Origin: a virus
Length of the DNA: 64,000 nt
Virus record (IMG/VR): IMGVR_UViG_3300024999_000041
Location: 64,001-128,000 of that record
Direction: 5' to 3' (one strand)
Shown: piece after piece, positions 8,838 through 18,241 of the stretch
How positions within the stretch are numbered: position 1 is the stretch's first letter
Layout: every line of letters begins with the position of its first letter
Position numbers and translations under genes: made by a program
Notes under the pieces: generated by a model
Told to the model about the DNA's origin: nothing
The model's input: the letters and a program-made list of their open reading frames with translations, nothing else
The model's database searches: none

Positions 8838-9402
8838 ACATCAGAAACCTAGGGTCGTGAGTTACTATCGATATTCTTAATCCTTTCTCTTGACAGATTC
8901 TACCTAGAAAAGTAAAAAAATTAGGAAGATACTCAGTAGAGATATAAGAATACTTTTCATCTACTTCTAAAAATTCTTTACCCTTATTCACTAATGCAAA
9001 GATATTAAGTATAGCGGAGATGACAGACCTAACCCCGTTGCCACATCCGTTCTTGAGAGATACTTCAAAATCATTATCTAAGTCTTTGAGTTTAAAAGAC
9101 AATCCTTTGGTTCCTCTTTTATCTTCTAGCTCTATTGCTATCTCATAACTCTTATCATAGAATATAAATCTAAGAGCGGAATTTATAAGCTCCTTCAAGA
9201 ATCCTATGCTTTTATCATATAGAATATCCTGACTCTTCTTGTAATAGATAGCAGATTCTCTAATTGTTTCTAAGTCCCTACTTTCTTCTTCTATCTCTTT
9301 TTTGGTTGAAAAGATATTACTTTCTATATTACTTACTCGAGATTTAAGAGACCCGTACCTTCTAACTCTATAATCGAGAGACAGTAAAATATTGTCATCC
9401 AT
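8779..9402 (-). CDS. sbcC: SbcC/Rad50 ABC ATPase, C-terminal half
   Basis: Coiled coil, signature-like GCGNG, Walker B FLEVDE, IVTH H-loop. Confidence 0.8.
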   Translation of the reverse strand: MDDNILLSLDYRVRRYGSLKSRVSNIESNIFSTKKEIEEESRDLETIRESAIYYKKSQDILYDKSIGFLKELINSALRFIFYDKSYEIAIELEDKRGTKGLSFKLKDLDNDFEVSLKNGCGNGVRSVISAILNIFALVNKGKEFLEVDEKYSYISTEYLPNFFTFLGRICQEKGLRISIVTHDPRFLMYANKIYRISDGRVEEVPNA

Positions 9403-9403
9403 A

Positions 9404-9670
9404 TTAAATATTATCCTCTATCTCTCTGAGTTGGGGTTCAGAAGAGTTCATGTAGTTCTGAACTTGGTCTAAGAAGGATTCTACTTCTGGTTTCCTACTA
9501 TCCCTAAGTGCTACCACTTTCTTCCAATCCTTCAAATCTTCAAAATTATATTTCTTTACTAAACTACTTGCTTCTTTAACTTTCATATTCTTTACAGCTT
9601 CTATTTTAGATTGTCTTAATTGAAAAGCTTCGTAGTTCTTTTTAATAGCTTCTGCTTCTCTGATATCCAT
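9404..9670 (-). CDS. Small coiled-coil protein between the SbcC halves
   Basis: Helical, charged; AAGGAG RBS; ATG directly follows the upstream TAG. Confidence 0.65.
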   Translation of the reverse strand: MDIREAEAIKKNYEAFQLRQSKIEAVKNMKVKEASSLVKKYNFEDLKDWKKVVALRDSRKPEVESFLDQVQNYMNSSEPQLREIEDNI

Positions 9671-10786
9671 CTATACTTTCTCCTTTATAGTTTGTCCACA
9701 TAACGGGCAGGTATCCATAGAATCTAACTGTTCCTTTAGTTCTACCAAGTTCTTTTTAACTTCTTTCTCTTCATCAGATATATCTTTAACTTCTTTTAGA
9801 ATACTAATTAAATTTTCACAATCCCTATCGAGTTCTTGATATTGTTTCACAATATTAAAATCAAACTTAGGGTCTTCTGGAATATCTATGGACAAAGATT
9901 TATTTAAATCTACCAGCTTGTTAGCATCTTTATCTAGCTCGGTATAACTATTAACAATATTGAAATCGAACTCTTTATGAAGTATTTCTTTATTCACTAT
10001 TGACATACAATCTTCTAAGACTTTAACATTTTTATCTAGCTCGGTATAACTATTAACAATATTGAAATCGAACTCTTTTCTTTCAATCTTAGATATGTCA
10101 GATATAATTCTAAGACATGATACAATACTATTACAATCATTGTCCAGTCCTTTGTATTCCTGAAGCATGAATTGTAACTTATCCCTCATAGTCAATAAGT
10201 CTTCCTCACTATAAGAGTTTATGAAAGAGTTTATCTTACTAAGTCTCTCCTCGTTTATAGCAAGTTTATTATTCATATCGGCTATCTTACGTTTAGCTTC
10301 TGACTCATCTTCCTTTATCTTCTTCATGACAGCCGTGGAATCATTCTCGTTCATAGCAAAAATATCTTCAAATAATTTATATACTTGAGAGTCTGTTCTA
10401 TCAAATGGGAATAAAGAAGACCATTCATCTTGTATATTTATTATACTTCCATCTTCATCAAGATAAAAATCATTATCTGGAACTAGCTCGAATAAATCTG
10501 TTCTTCCTACTTTCTGATGAACTATTCCATCTATCTCATATATAGATTCTTTGGGAGTTCTAGTCCACTTAACTTTCATTCTGTCCGTCTCTATCTCCAC
10601 TTCAGCTTTGTCTTTGCCATGTTTAATGAAAGATTTAGCCTCTGGAGGATTCTTTAGTAGAGAATAGATAGCTCTTATAGTTGATGTCTTACCAGAGTTA
10701 GAGGGTCCTATTATAGCTGTGATGCCTACAGGAAATTCTAATTCAGCTTCAGCGATAAGTTGAAAGTTCTTTATTTTTAATTTCAT
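9671..10786 (-). CDS. sbcC: SbcC/Rad50 ABC ATPase, N-terminal half ending in a zinc hook
   Basis: KIKNFQ, Walker A GPSNSGKTS, Q-loop, coiled coil, CPLCGQ. Confidence 0.85.
   Translation of the reverse strand: MKLKIKNFQLIAEAELEFPVGITAIIGPSNSGKTSTIRAIYSLLKNPPEAKSFIKHGKDKAEVEIETDRMKVKWTRTPKESIYEIDGIVHQKVGRTDLFELVPDNDFYLDEDGSIINIQDEWSSLFPFDRTDSQVYKLFEDIFAMNENDSTAVMKKIKEDESEAKRKIADMNNKLAINEERLSKINSFINSYSEEDLLTMRDKLQFMLQEYKGLDNDCNSIVSCLRIISDISKIERKEFDFNIVNSYTELDKNVKVLEDCMSIVNKEILHKEFDFNIVNSYTELDKDANKLVDLNKSLSIDIPEDPKFDFNIVKQYQELDRDCENLISILKEVKDISDEEKEVKKNLVELKEQLDSMDTCPLCGQTIKEKV
9929..10078 (-). repeat. 48-bp exact direct repeat (102-bp period) in the SbcC coiled coil
   Basis: 9929-9976 = 10031-10078 (KEFDFNIVNSYTELDK); a degenerate third copy KFDFNIVKQYQELD follows. 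Confidence 0.9.
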
Positions 10787-10836
10787 ATATCTTTCCTAAT
10801 TACTATAGCATAATTAATATTATATCATATCTTAAT

Positions 10837-10864
10837 AAAAAAAGCTAGAGGTTTTTCTCTAGCT
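10837..10864 (-). terminator. Rho-independent terminator
   Basis: AGCTAGAG/CTCTAGCT stem followed by a T-run on the minus strand. Confidence 0.65.
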
Positions 10865-10884
10865 CTTAAAAATTTTAATATGAT

Positions 10885-11109
10885 TTATTCTTTTGGTACC
10901 TTTATAAAAGGAGTTTCTTTAGCAACACCAAGTATATAGTCTTTTAATTCCTGTTCATCTATTCCGCCATTCAAAGCTTTCTCTATCATATAAGATACAA
11001 GTAGAGCATCCTCTTGGTTATATACTTCTGCTACTATCTCATCCACTCCGTCTTTAGTTACAACTAATTTGTAATTCTTCTTAAACTGTATTATTCTTAC
11101 TTTACTCAT
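10885..11109 (-). CDS. Hypothetical protein
   Basis: ORF coupled to recA. Confidence 0.6.
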   Translation of the reverse strand: MSKVRIIQFKKNYKLVVTKDGVDEIVAEVYNQEDALLVSYMIEKALNGGIDEQELKDYILGVAKETPFIKVPKE

Positions 11110-12223
11110 CTTCTTCTACTATATCCTCCTCTGTTTTCTCATGTACTAATGTGTAAGCTCCATCATTTTTTAAGAACTCATCTAGCTCTGCAAAGTTATC
11201 TTTAACCCATTTATATAAAGACTTCATACCACAGAGACTCCACTCTCCCCCCGCTGGGTTAGGAATGATTTCAGTTTTCCAATAAGCTCCCGCTGATTTA
11301 ATATATCCTTTACTTTTCAACAGGTCTACTAAGAAATAAATATTAGAAACACCCTTAGTAAATATCAAAGGAAATACTATTGGAATCTTAGAAAATCCTT
11401 TCCTGTTCTTATCTGCCTTAGCAGAGATATAGCATCCAACTGGTACGTCTTTCTCTCCTTCTAATGTTATCCTCTTCTCCATCATATCGGCTCCTCCAGT
11501 TCTACCACTGTCTTTCTTTAAAGATATGATAACGTCTGGTTGATAGTGTAGAGCCTTGCAACCTGCCGATTTAGTTTTCTTGTCGTAGGGACCTTTCGCT
11601 TCTATATTAGCTCTCTCTTGATTTACCAAGAAAGTTGTAATACCCGCTTTCCTTAACAGTACCCTAAACTTCTGTAAGAAGGATGTCATAGCCTTTGCCT
11701 GTCCACACATCATGGGGTCTATGACTGACCTAGTTAATACAGAGAGAGCTAACACATTAGTAATACTATCTATAATGACCACATCGTAAGCAGGAACATC
11801 TTGTTTAACTAATCCCTCTAATATCTTTTCTAAATGTCCTACGGTCTGTAACTCATCTACGAAATTAAATAACCCCTTATCTATATAAGGTAGCATTCCT
11901 TGGGATTCAATCATGTTAGCTAAACCAGCTTCCACGTCTATGAAGAGAACTTTCTTACCATACTGTTCCATCAATCTTCTAGCCATGTGTAGTACTAAAG
12001 TAGTCTTACCTAAACCTTCTGGAGAATATATCATAATCATATCTCCCTCTCGGATACCTCCAGATAACAATATATCCATGGGGATAATTCCAGTAGGAAC
12101 TACTTCGTCTTCTCTGGCTTCTGCATTAACATATTTCTTCAAGAAGTCATCAAAGGATAACTTCATATTTATTCCAGCTAAATCCGTGTCTTCTTTCTTC
12201 TTGGCTTGTTTCTTTGGTGCCAT
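11102..12223 (-). CDS. recA: RecA/UvsX-like recombinase (start revised to MAPKK at 12223)
   Basis: PTGIIPMDILLSGG, Walker A SPEGLGKTT, FIDVE, VIIDS, NQER, KN; GGGAGG RBS before 12223. Confidence 0.9.
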   Translation of the reverse strand: MAPKKQAKKKEDTDLAGINMKLSFDDFLKKYVNAEAREDEVVPTGIIPMDILLSGGIREGDMIMIYSPEGLGKTTLVLHMARRLMEQYGKKVLFIDVEAGLANMIESQGMLPYIDKGLFNFVDELQTVGHLEKILEGLVKQDVPAYDVVIIDSITNVLALSVLTRSVIDPMMCGQAKAMTSFLQKFRVLLRKAGITTFLVNQERANIEAKGPYDKKTKSAGCKALHYQPDVIISLKKDSGRTGGADMMEKRITLEGEKDVPVGCYISAKADKNRKGFSKIPIVFPLIFTKGVSNIYFLVDLLKSKGYIKSAGAYWKTEIIPNPAGGEWSLCGMKSLYKWVKDNFAELDEFLKNDGAYTLVHEKTEEDIVEEDE

Positions 12224-12242
12224 TTTATGTCCTCCCGTTGTT

Positions 12243-12794
12243 TTATGATACACTTGTCGCAAAATCTCGTGCCATACGTTTGGCATCCTCTAGGGTAGAT
12301 GCTACCCATTCTCCTCTTCCTTTTGTATAATGAGGACAACTATCTTCATTACATTCTATTCGGGTATCCCTACAAAGTAATCTACTTGTCCCATCATCTA
12401 TTCCGTAATCTTCTACTAAATCAGAGCAAGCTCCCCAGACACTTCCATACCTATAATCTTCAAAGTTATCTGGAATATAGTGAGCATCTCCTTTCTTACA
12501 AGTAGAACCTATTCCAAATCCAAAGATAGCTCTATGACTCCACCCATACCACTTCTGTTCTTTAGTAGAGAATCCTACACTACAAACTTTATTCTCTGGC
12601 TTAGATGTTTGGAACTCTGAGTCTATAGAGTACCTATCCATCTTGATAGCTAACTCTACAGCATCATCTATGTACTTACCATCTTTGTTGTAAGCCCAAA
12701 CCATTATGATATCCTTACAACCTTCTGCGGAACATCTAACTAATCGGATATCAAAGTTATCAAACTCTATTATTCTTATTAACTCTTCTTCCAT
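12243..12794 (-). CDS. Phage hypothetical protein
   Basis: ORF with a conserved-looking core CSVGFS..EQKWYGWSHRAIFGFGIG. Confidence 0.7.
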   Translation of the reverse strand: MEEELIRIIEFDNFDIRLVRCSAEGCKDIIMVWAYNKDGKYIDDAVELAIKMDRYSIDSEFQTSKPENKVCSVGFSTKEQKWYGWSHRAIFGFGIGSTCKKGDAHYIPDNFEDYRYGSVWGACSDLVEDYGIDDGTSRLLCRDTRIECNEDSCPHYTKGRGEWVASTLEDAKRMARDFATSVS

Positions 12795-13444
12795 ATATTA
12801 TCTCCTAATATATAGATTCCCTCTTCTTTGTTAAATTTTAGACATCCTCTATTTATTAAATCCTTCACACAATAATTTAAAGAGGCATGGGCTTTGTTAT
12901 GACAAGAAGCATTTCTACACAGGTACAAGTTATCTAGCTCATTATCACTATTGTCCATATTAATATGATGAACTACCTCCTCCATACTCAGGATTCTTCC
13001 TAAATCTTCTTCTATCACAAGACGGTGTTGTGCCACATAACCTTTTCTATTATTAATATGATTAGGAGAATACTGAAGAATACTTCCAGAGGTTTTATAT
13101 TTAAGACCCTTTACTTGCTTTCCCCTCATTAGTTCTTTTTTGCATTCTTTGCTACATACTGTAGCAATTTCTCTTTTTCCTAATATGTGAACTCTAAAAC
13201 ATTCCTTACCACAAAAAATGCAAGAAGATTTATAAAAATAGTTGTATCCTATATCTCCTTTTTTATTGATATGATATTTTTTGTACAAACCGTTATCACA
13301 AAGAATGTACTCTCCTAATACTTCAAGTCTCCTCTTCAAATTAAATTCATTGTAGCATTTACGAGAGCATGTTTTAGAATCAATGCTACTGGGTCTAACA
13401 TAATAATTCTTACCACAAACAATACAACTATTCCACAATTCCAA
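12779..13444 (-). mobile_element. HNH homing endonuclease with N-terminal zinc-finger repeats
   Basis: CxxCGK...CSRKC and CxxCGK...CSKEC; HRLV.E..LGR.L..EVVHHIN...DN..DNL. Confidence 0.85.
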
Positions 13445-13967
13445 ACTCCTTTGTATGTTTAAATAGATAATCTGCTAGTAGTAAAGATTCTGCTCTTCCG
13501 TCATGTTTCTTTAATTTAATACAATCTTTTGATTCTGGATACATCTCCCTAACTAAAGAGATAGACTTGCCTTTATCACTATCAAGATTATAGTATGTCT
13601 TCCATTTCCTAGGAGAGACTTTATGTAAATTGAAGTTTGAATTTTGAACGGAGGCTACCACTAGCCCATAATTATATCCGAAAGTAAATACTGATACTAC
13701 TCCCTGTCCTGGCATAGAAGCCACTTTTTCTATAAGTACTTCGGTTTTTTCTACTGCATAGACATTTATAATATCTCGTAACTTGACGGTATCCACTTCT
13801 CTGATGAATATCTCTTCCCTCTTCATTTTGGAGATATTCATTTTCTTCTTCCCAGTAGAAGTAGATTTTATAGGAATATCCACTACTAGTTCAACGACTC
13901 CATTCCTAATTACGGATATCCCTCCTTGGAAGCCTGGGTCTATACCAATAAAGAACTTGTCTTTCAT
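13428..13967 (-). CDS. ruvC: RuvC-like Holliday junction resolvase
   Basis: IGIDPG, LIEKV, F.FGYNYG, P.KWK, DGRAES. Confidence 0.82.
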   Translation of the reverse strand: MKDKFFIGIDPGFQGGISVIRNGVVELVVDIPIKSTSTGKKKMNISKMKREEIFIREVDTVKLRDIINVYAVEKTEVLIEKVASMPGQGVVSVFTFGYNYGLVVASVQNSNFNLHKVSPRKWKTYYNLDSDKGKSISLVREMYPESKDCIKLKKHDGRAESLLLADYLFKHTKEFGIVE

Positions 13968-13978
13968 AATGTTTCTCC

Positions 13979-14014
13979 TAGAGATAAGAGGTTAAAATTA
14001 ACCTCTTATCTCTA
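13979..14014. terminator. Long perfect inverted repeat (terminator or RNA-processing hairpin)
   Basis: TAGAGATAAGAGGTTAA-AA-TTAACCTCTTATCTCTA, 17-bp arms, downstream of the SSB gene. Confidence 0.65.
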
Positions 14015-14026
14015 TTCTTATAAATC

Positions 14027-14959
14027 CTACTCGGTATAAAAATCATCTACATCTTGAATAATCTCAGATAAGTCGAGACCTTCTAACTCAGTAGAGCTAG
14101 GGAGTTGTACCGTTTGAACAGGTGCCTGAGTAGGAACAACTTGTGCTGGCTGGGGTAAAGGTGCCAAGTTCACAACAGGTGCTATCTGTTGTGGAGGTAA
14201 TGATAATCCCACAACCCCAGCTACCGTTTGTTGTTGCTGTACTTGAGGTTGAGCCACTGGCTGAGGTAATGCTTCTACTTGAGGAGATGCTAATACTTCC
14301 TGAGATTTAGAAACATTTTGTAAGATAGCGTTTCTTAGTTTGTCCCCATTCAAATCTTTACCTAAAGAAGGTCTAATTAATTCCCTGTAACTGATTAAGA
14401 AGTTCTTAGCCTGTTCTACTAGCTGAGGATTCTTTGCAATATCAAATCCTCCCTTAACTTTAATCTTAGGAGAAACTCTTTTAAATCTACCTTCTCCTTC
14501 TGAAGTTCCTTTGATACGTAATATCTTAGAAGGGATAGTAGCAGGGTCTACTTCACTGTCTTCTAATTCATCCAACAATGCTTTATAATCTTTCTCCGTT
14601 AATTCTAATCTTACAAAAGATACAGGTAGTTGAAAATTGTTTTTGTCAACAGTAGTAAAAACCATTGCTGGTAATACATACTTACTAGATGGATAGGACT
14701 TTGTAGTTTCTTCACTTAGTACCCCTTGACTTATTAAGTCCTCTAGTACTTTACAACAATCTCCCTTGATGCGTATTCCGTCATCGTCTGTTGATGTGGT
14801 ACAATGAATAGAGCCAACTCCCTTTACAAAGTGTGTCTTTGGATTCAAAAAGAAATCCTCATCTACGCTAAGTATGTTTACAAATTTAATCTCATCGTCC
14901 ACCAAATCCATTTTCTTAATAATGTTAGATTGTTTTGGGGCTTCTCCGAATTTTACCAT
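14027..14959 (-). CDS. Putative single-stranded DNA-binding protein (gp32-like)
   Basis: THFV...IHC...CC core, Q/P-rich linker, acidic tail DVDDFYTE, position in the recombination cluster. Confidence 0.6.
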   Translation of the reverse strand: MVKFGEAPKQSNIIKKMDLVDDEIKFVNILSVDEDFFLNPKTHFVKGVGSIHCTTSTDDDGIRIKGDCCKVLEDLISQGVLSEETTKSYPSSKYVLPAMVFTTVDKNNFQLPVSFVRLELTEKDYKALLDELEDSEVDPATIPSKILRIKGTSEGEGRFKRVSPKIKVKGGFDIAKNPQLVEQAKNFLISYRELIRPSLGKDLNGDKLRNAILQNVSKSQEVLASPQVEALPQPVAQPQVQQQQTVAGVVGLSLPPQQIAPVVNLAPLPQPAQVVPTQAPVQTVQLPSSTELEGLDLSEIIQDVDDFYTE

Positions 14960-14964
14960 TCTGT

Positions 14965-15288
14965 TTAATCCTCCTCAGAATTTAATAACTCTACTATGCT
15001 CGGTAAAAATATATCGTTAAATATTTTATTACTGGCTTTATCTGTCATCCGTAATGTTTTGCTTTTAGGAATATAGTCATCACAAATATTTATTTCTATG
15101 TTCCCTTTGACTAATGAAGCACTTATCTTTTTATACTTAGATAAATATAACCTATCTGTATTTCTACAAACCTCCTTCATGTTCTTTAAAATTATATACA
15201 ATAGTAAGTGAACATCTCTCTTATTTAAATATATTCCTAACTCAGCTAGGTCATTGCATATACCTGTATATAAATCATCAGCTTTCAA
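14965..15288 (-). CDS. Hypothetical protein (weak HU-like N-terminus)
   Basis: ORF in operon. Confidence 0.5.
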   Translation of the reverse strand: MKADDLYTGICNDLAELGIYLNKRDVHLLLYIILKNMKEVCRNTDRLYLSKYKKISASLVKGNIEINICDDYIPKSKTLRMTDKASNKIFNDIFLPSIVELLNSEED

Positions 15289-15290
15289 GT

Positions 15291-15683
15291 CTAATACCTG
15301 CGTGTATCAGGATTTGCCATTTGTTTAATTTTTAACAAGTCCGCCAAGGTTCTAGCCCTTTGAGAAAAAGTATATACATGGTTCTTATATTCTTCTAACA
15401 TGGAATTAACTTCCTCATAAGCTTTCTTGGATTGAACTTGTTCTGATACAGTTCCTCCTTTTTTTACTTTATCCTTAATAAGACTGGACAAATTGTATAG
15501 AATGGAAACAATGTAACTAGCATTATATTGTAGCTCTAAGCTAACATTTATCCTACTTTCATACTCTGTTATAGACAAGTTTAAATTTTCTAAGTCGTCT
15601 CTGTTATCCGCTAACACAGTCTTGAATACATTTATACTATTTCCTAAGTCTGTCCTTAGCCTAGATATTCCTTCCCAACTCAT
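15291..15683 (-). CDS. Hypothetical helical protein (possibly a UvsY-like mediator)
   Basis: All-helical 130 aa protein near SSB/RecA; function inferred from context only. Confidence 0.5.
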   Translation of the reverse strand: MSWEGISRLRTDLGNSINVFKTVLADNRDDLENLNLSITEYESRINVSLELQYNASYIVSILYNLSSLIKDKVKKGGTVSEQVQSKKAYEEVNSMLEEYKNHVYTFSQRARTLADLLKIKQMANPDTRRY

Positions 15684-16120
15684 TCACAAATCTCCTTTAA
15701 AAATTTTACTCTACCTAAATCTTCCTCTCCCAAATTCTGGTAAGCAAGTATCAAGGAGTAATATCTGTTTTTTAATTCTTTACTTCTCGTTGAAGATATT
15801 ATAGATAATATAATTCCTATGTCCAACTTAGAAGTTATGAGTAAATTATTTAAATTAAGATTACTTATATTGTCCATTATAAATTCTTTTCCCAAATTAG
15901 GGTTAGTAGAGATACCGTCCCAAGTTAAATAGTCTTTAAAAGAATTTATAAACTTCTCTGGTAAATTAGGCAAATAAGATATATCTAACCAAGAATGTTC
16001 TCCAAATTTATGTTCTACTTCAAGTATAACATCTTCTTTGGATTGGATACCTAACATATAATTATTTATTAATGAATCGTACTTACTAGAAATATTTATC
16101 ATGTCCATAATAAAACCCAT
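15680..16120 (-). CDS. Hypothetical protein with Trp-containing helical repeats
   Basis: WLDISYLPNLPEKFI / WDGISTNPNLGKEFI repeats. Confidence 0.6.
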   Translation of the reverse strand: MGFIMDMINISSKYDSLINNYMLGIQSKEDVILEVEHKFGEHSWLDISYLPNLPEKFINSFKDYLTWDGISTNPNLGKEFIMDNISNLNLNNLLITSKLDIGIILSIISSTRSKELKNRYYSLILAYQNLGEEDLGRVKFLKEICE

Positions 16121-16131
16121 CCTTATAATAC

Positions 16132-16160
16132 ATTATATCATTAATGTAAATAAATGTCAA
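16132..16160 (-). promoter_or_regulatory. sigma70/sigmaA-type promoter
   Basis: Perfect TTGACA-17 nt-TATAAT with TG. Confidence 0.85.
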
Positions 16161-17420
16161 CTACAAAATCATGCTGTTTATAAATTCTCGAGTAATTATA
16201 CAATCGTCTGGCTTCTTATCAATCCTAAAGTTCCAATCCATAGCCCTGCAATGGGACATTCTATTATTTTTTGAGCTAAAATCCTGACCCTCACAAGCTA
16301 ATACCAATCCTAGGTATTCAGTATTCAATGTAGGATTACCTTGTTCATCTATTACTGTCATCTTTCTTCTCAAAGAATCAGTTATTCCAGAGATAGTTCC
16401 AATCCATTGTTCAGTTAAAGATTCATCTTCTTCCTCAACATAACAAGAAACTTTGATGCCTCCTATTAAATTCTGTACTGCTAGGGCTGAATTCTTTTTA
16501 GGAAGTATGGAACCTGAGATAAAACAATCTATATCTTCATTCTTACTTCCAGATAGTGTTCTCTTCATCTTAACTTGAACATGTCTCTTACGAGAAGTAG
16601 TAGCATAGTATTGCTCGTTAAGATTCTTTAGTACTATCCCTTCTCCCCCGTTAGCTACTATCCCATCAAAGAATTCTTGTTTATTTATTATAGTACTTTC
16701 TGGTAACTCAAAAGGAGTTATCCCTTCAATCTTTTTCATAAAGCTAGTTAATAGTTGTCTGCGTTGTCTGAGTGTTTTAGGTTTAAGGTCTTGGTTATCA
16801 AACTCCAACATATCAAACACACAAAACTTCAAAGGATTCCCATCCATCTGAATCTCTATAGCTCTTTCTGCATGGGAACCTAAGATAGAAACAGTGGCAT
16901 TCAACTCAGTAGCTGAGAATGTTCCGCCCCTTGAAGTAGTATCTAAAGTTTTATTAGATACTAAAACCTCAGCATCCAAGATAAAAGATTGTTTGAACAC
17001 CCCTCTATAACTCTGGGGGGTTCTAACTTTACCATCTTTAGTTATTAATAATATTTTTTCCGTATAACAATTAGGTAGAAAAGTTATATCTGATATATCC
17101 CTAGAGAAAAACTCAAATCCCCAGTCGGGGTGATAAGTTATTATAACACGGCATCCATCAATCTTAACCTCGCCCAACCAGTCCTCTGATGTCAAGAGGT
17201 GTTTTTGTTCCTCTGGTTTAAGTTCTTTAAAAGAAAAACATAGTTGTGGAGTATGTAATTCAAACAATCGTTTATACATCCCCCATGTTTGAACTTTAGG
17301 ATACTTATTATAGTAATCTATTCCCAATATTTTTTCAAGCTCTTTGTTGGTAGTCTTAGGATTAGATGGTATAGGAATACCTCGTACCTTGAAATGTTGT
17401 AATATTTCCTCCTTTTTCAT
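16161..17420 (-). CDS. lig: ATP-dependent DNA ligase
   Basis: Motif I EVKIDGCR, ILDAE, VFDML, GEGIVLK, KMKR, FRIDK. Confidence 0.92.
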   Translation of the reverse strand: MKKEEILQHFKVRGIPIPSNPKTTNKELEKILGIDYYNKYPKVQTWGMYKRLFELHTPQLCFSFKELKPEEQKHLLTSEDWLGEVKIDGCRVIITYHPDWGFEFFSRDISDITFLPNCYTEKILLITKDGKVRTPQSYRGVFKQSFILDAEVLVSNKTLDTTSRGGTFSATELNATVSILGSHAERAIEIQMDGNPLKFCVFDMLEFDNQDLKPKTLRQRRQLLTSFMKKIEGITPFELPESTIINKQEFFDGIVANGGEGIVLKNLNEQYYATTSRKRHVQVKMKRTLSGSKNEDIDCFISGSILPKKNSALAVQNLIGGIKVSCYVEEEDESLTEQWIGTISGITDSLRRKMTVIDEQGNPTLNTEYLGLVLACEGQDFSSKNNRMSHCRAMDWNFRIDKKPDDCIITREFINSMIL

Positions 17421-17431
17421 AATCCCCTCCG

Positions 17432-18241
17432 TTAATCTGGAGTACCCTCTTGAGAATCCTCTTCGGGATTTATTAACTTCTCAAGTTTTTTCTTAATACG
17501 TTTATCCCTTTGAAGTTCTTTTTTCTCTTCTAAGTCTCTTCTTGTCTGCTCTTCTAAAGCTAATCTAACTTCTTCAGCTAAAGCTTCTTGTTCTTTCTGC
17601 TTCTTACTTTTTCTTTTCTTTTTGGGTTTCTCTTCTTCCGTCTCATCATCTTCTAAATCTTTTAAAGAATCTGTCGTAACTGCATCTTCATCATTGGTCA
17701 TTATATATACATCTTCATTTACAGATACAACATACTTACTTGTTTTCTGAATAGCCTTAAGTATCTTCTCAGCAGGAGACAACTTCGTATCCTGTAATGA
17801 TTCTAAGATAGCTTGGGAGTGATATTCTCCAGAGCCTATACAAACAAAATTATCAGCAGGTTCTAATATAGATAAGTCTGTTTGAACTACAAATAACTTA
17901 TTCTCTATACCTACAATGAGTTCACTGCCTCCTCCCATAAGTTCTACACCATTCACATCTATGAGAAATTTCTCTTGTCTTAAACAATTAATAAGTGAAT
18001 CATAAAAAGAAGTATATACATACTCATATATATCTTGGTCAATAAATCTAGGAACTACAACTAACTTGTGAGTTAATATCTGTATCATCCTAAAACTTCC
18101 ACAAACTCCTATGATAAAATCTCCTACTTGAAAAACTTTTCTCGGATAATTTATCTTAGCTCCAGTAAAACTATTAGAACCAAAACTATCAGTTCCTAAG
18201 TATACATAATCCTCAGTCCGTATCCCTACTACACAAGTCAT
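17432..18241 (-). CDS. HslV/proteasome-beta-like Ntn hydrolase with charged C-terminal tail
   Basis: N-terminal MTCVVG nucleophile, GTDS, KVF, IGVCG, IGSG. Confidence 0.8.
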   Translation of the reverse strand: MTCVVGIRTEDYVYLGTDSFGSNSFTGAKINYPRKVFQVGDFIIGVCGSFRMIQILTHKLVVVPRFIDQDIYEYVYTSFYDSLINCLRQEKFLIDVNGVELMGGGSELIVGIENKLFVVQTDLSILEPADNFVCIGSGEYHSQAILESLQDTKLSPAEKILKAIQKTSKYVVSVNEDVYIMTNDEDAVTTDSLKDLEDDETEEEKPKKKRKSKKQKEQEALAEEVRLALEEQTRRDLEEKKELQRDKRIKKKLEKLINPEEDSQEGTPD

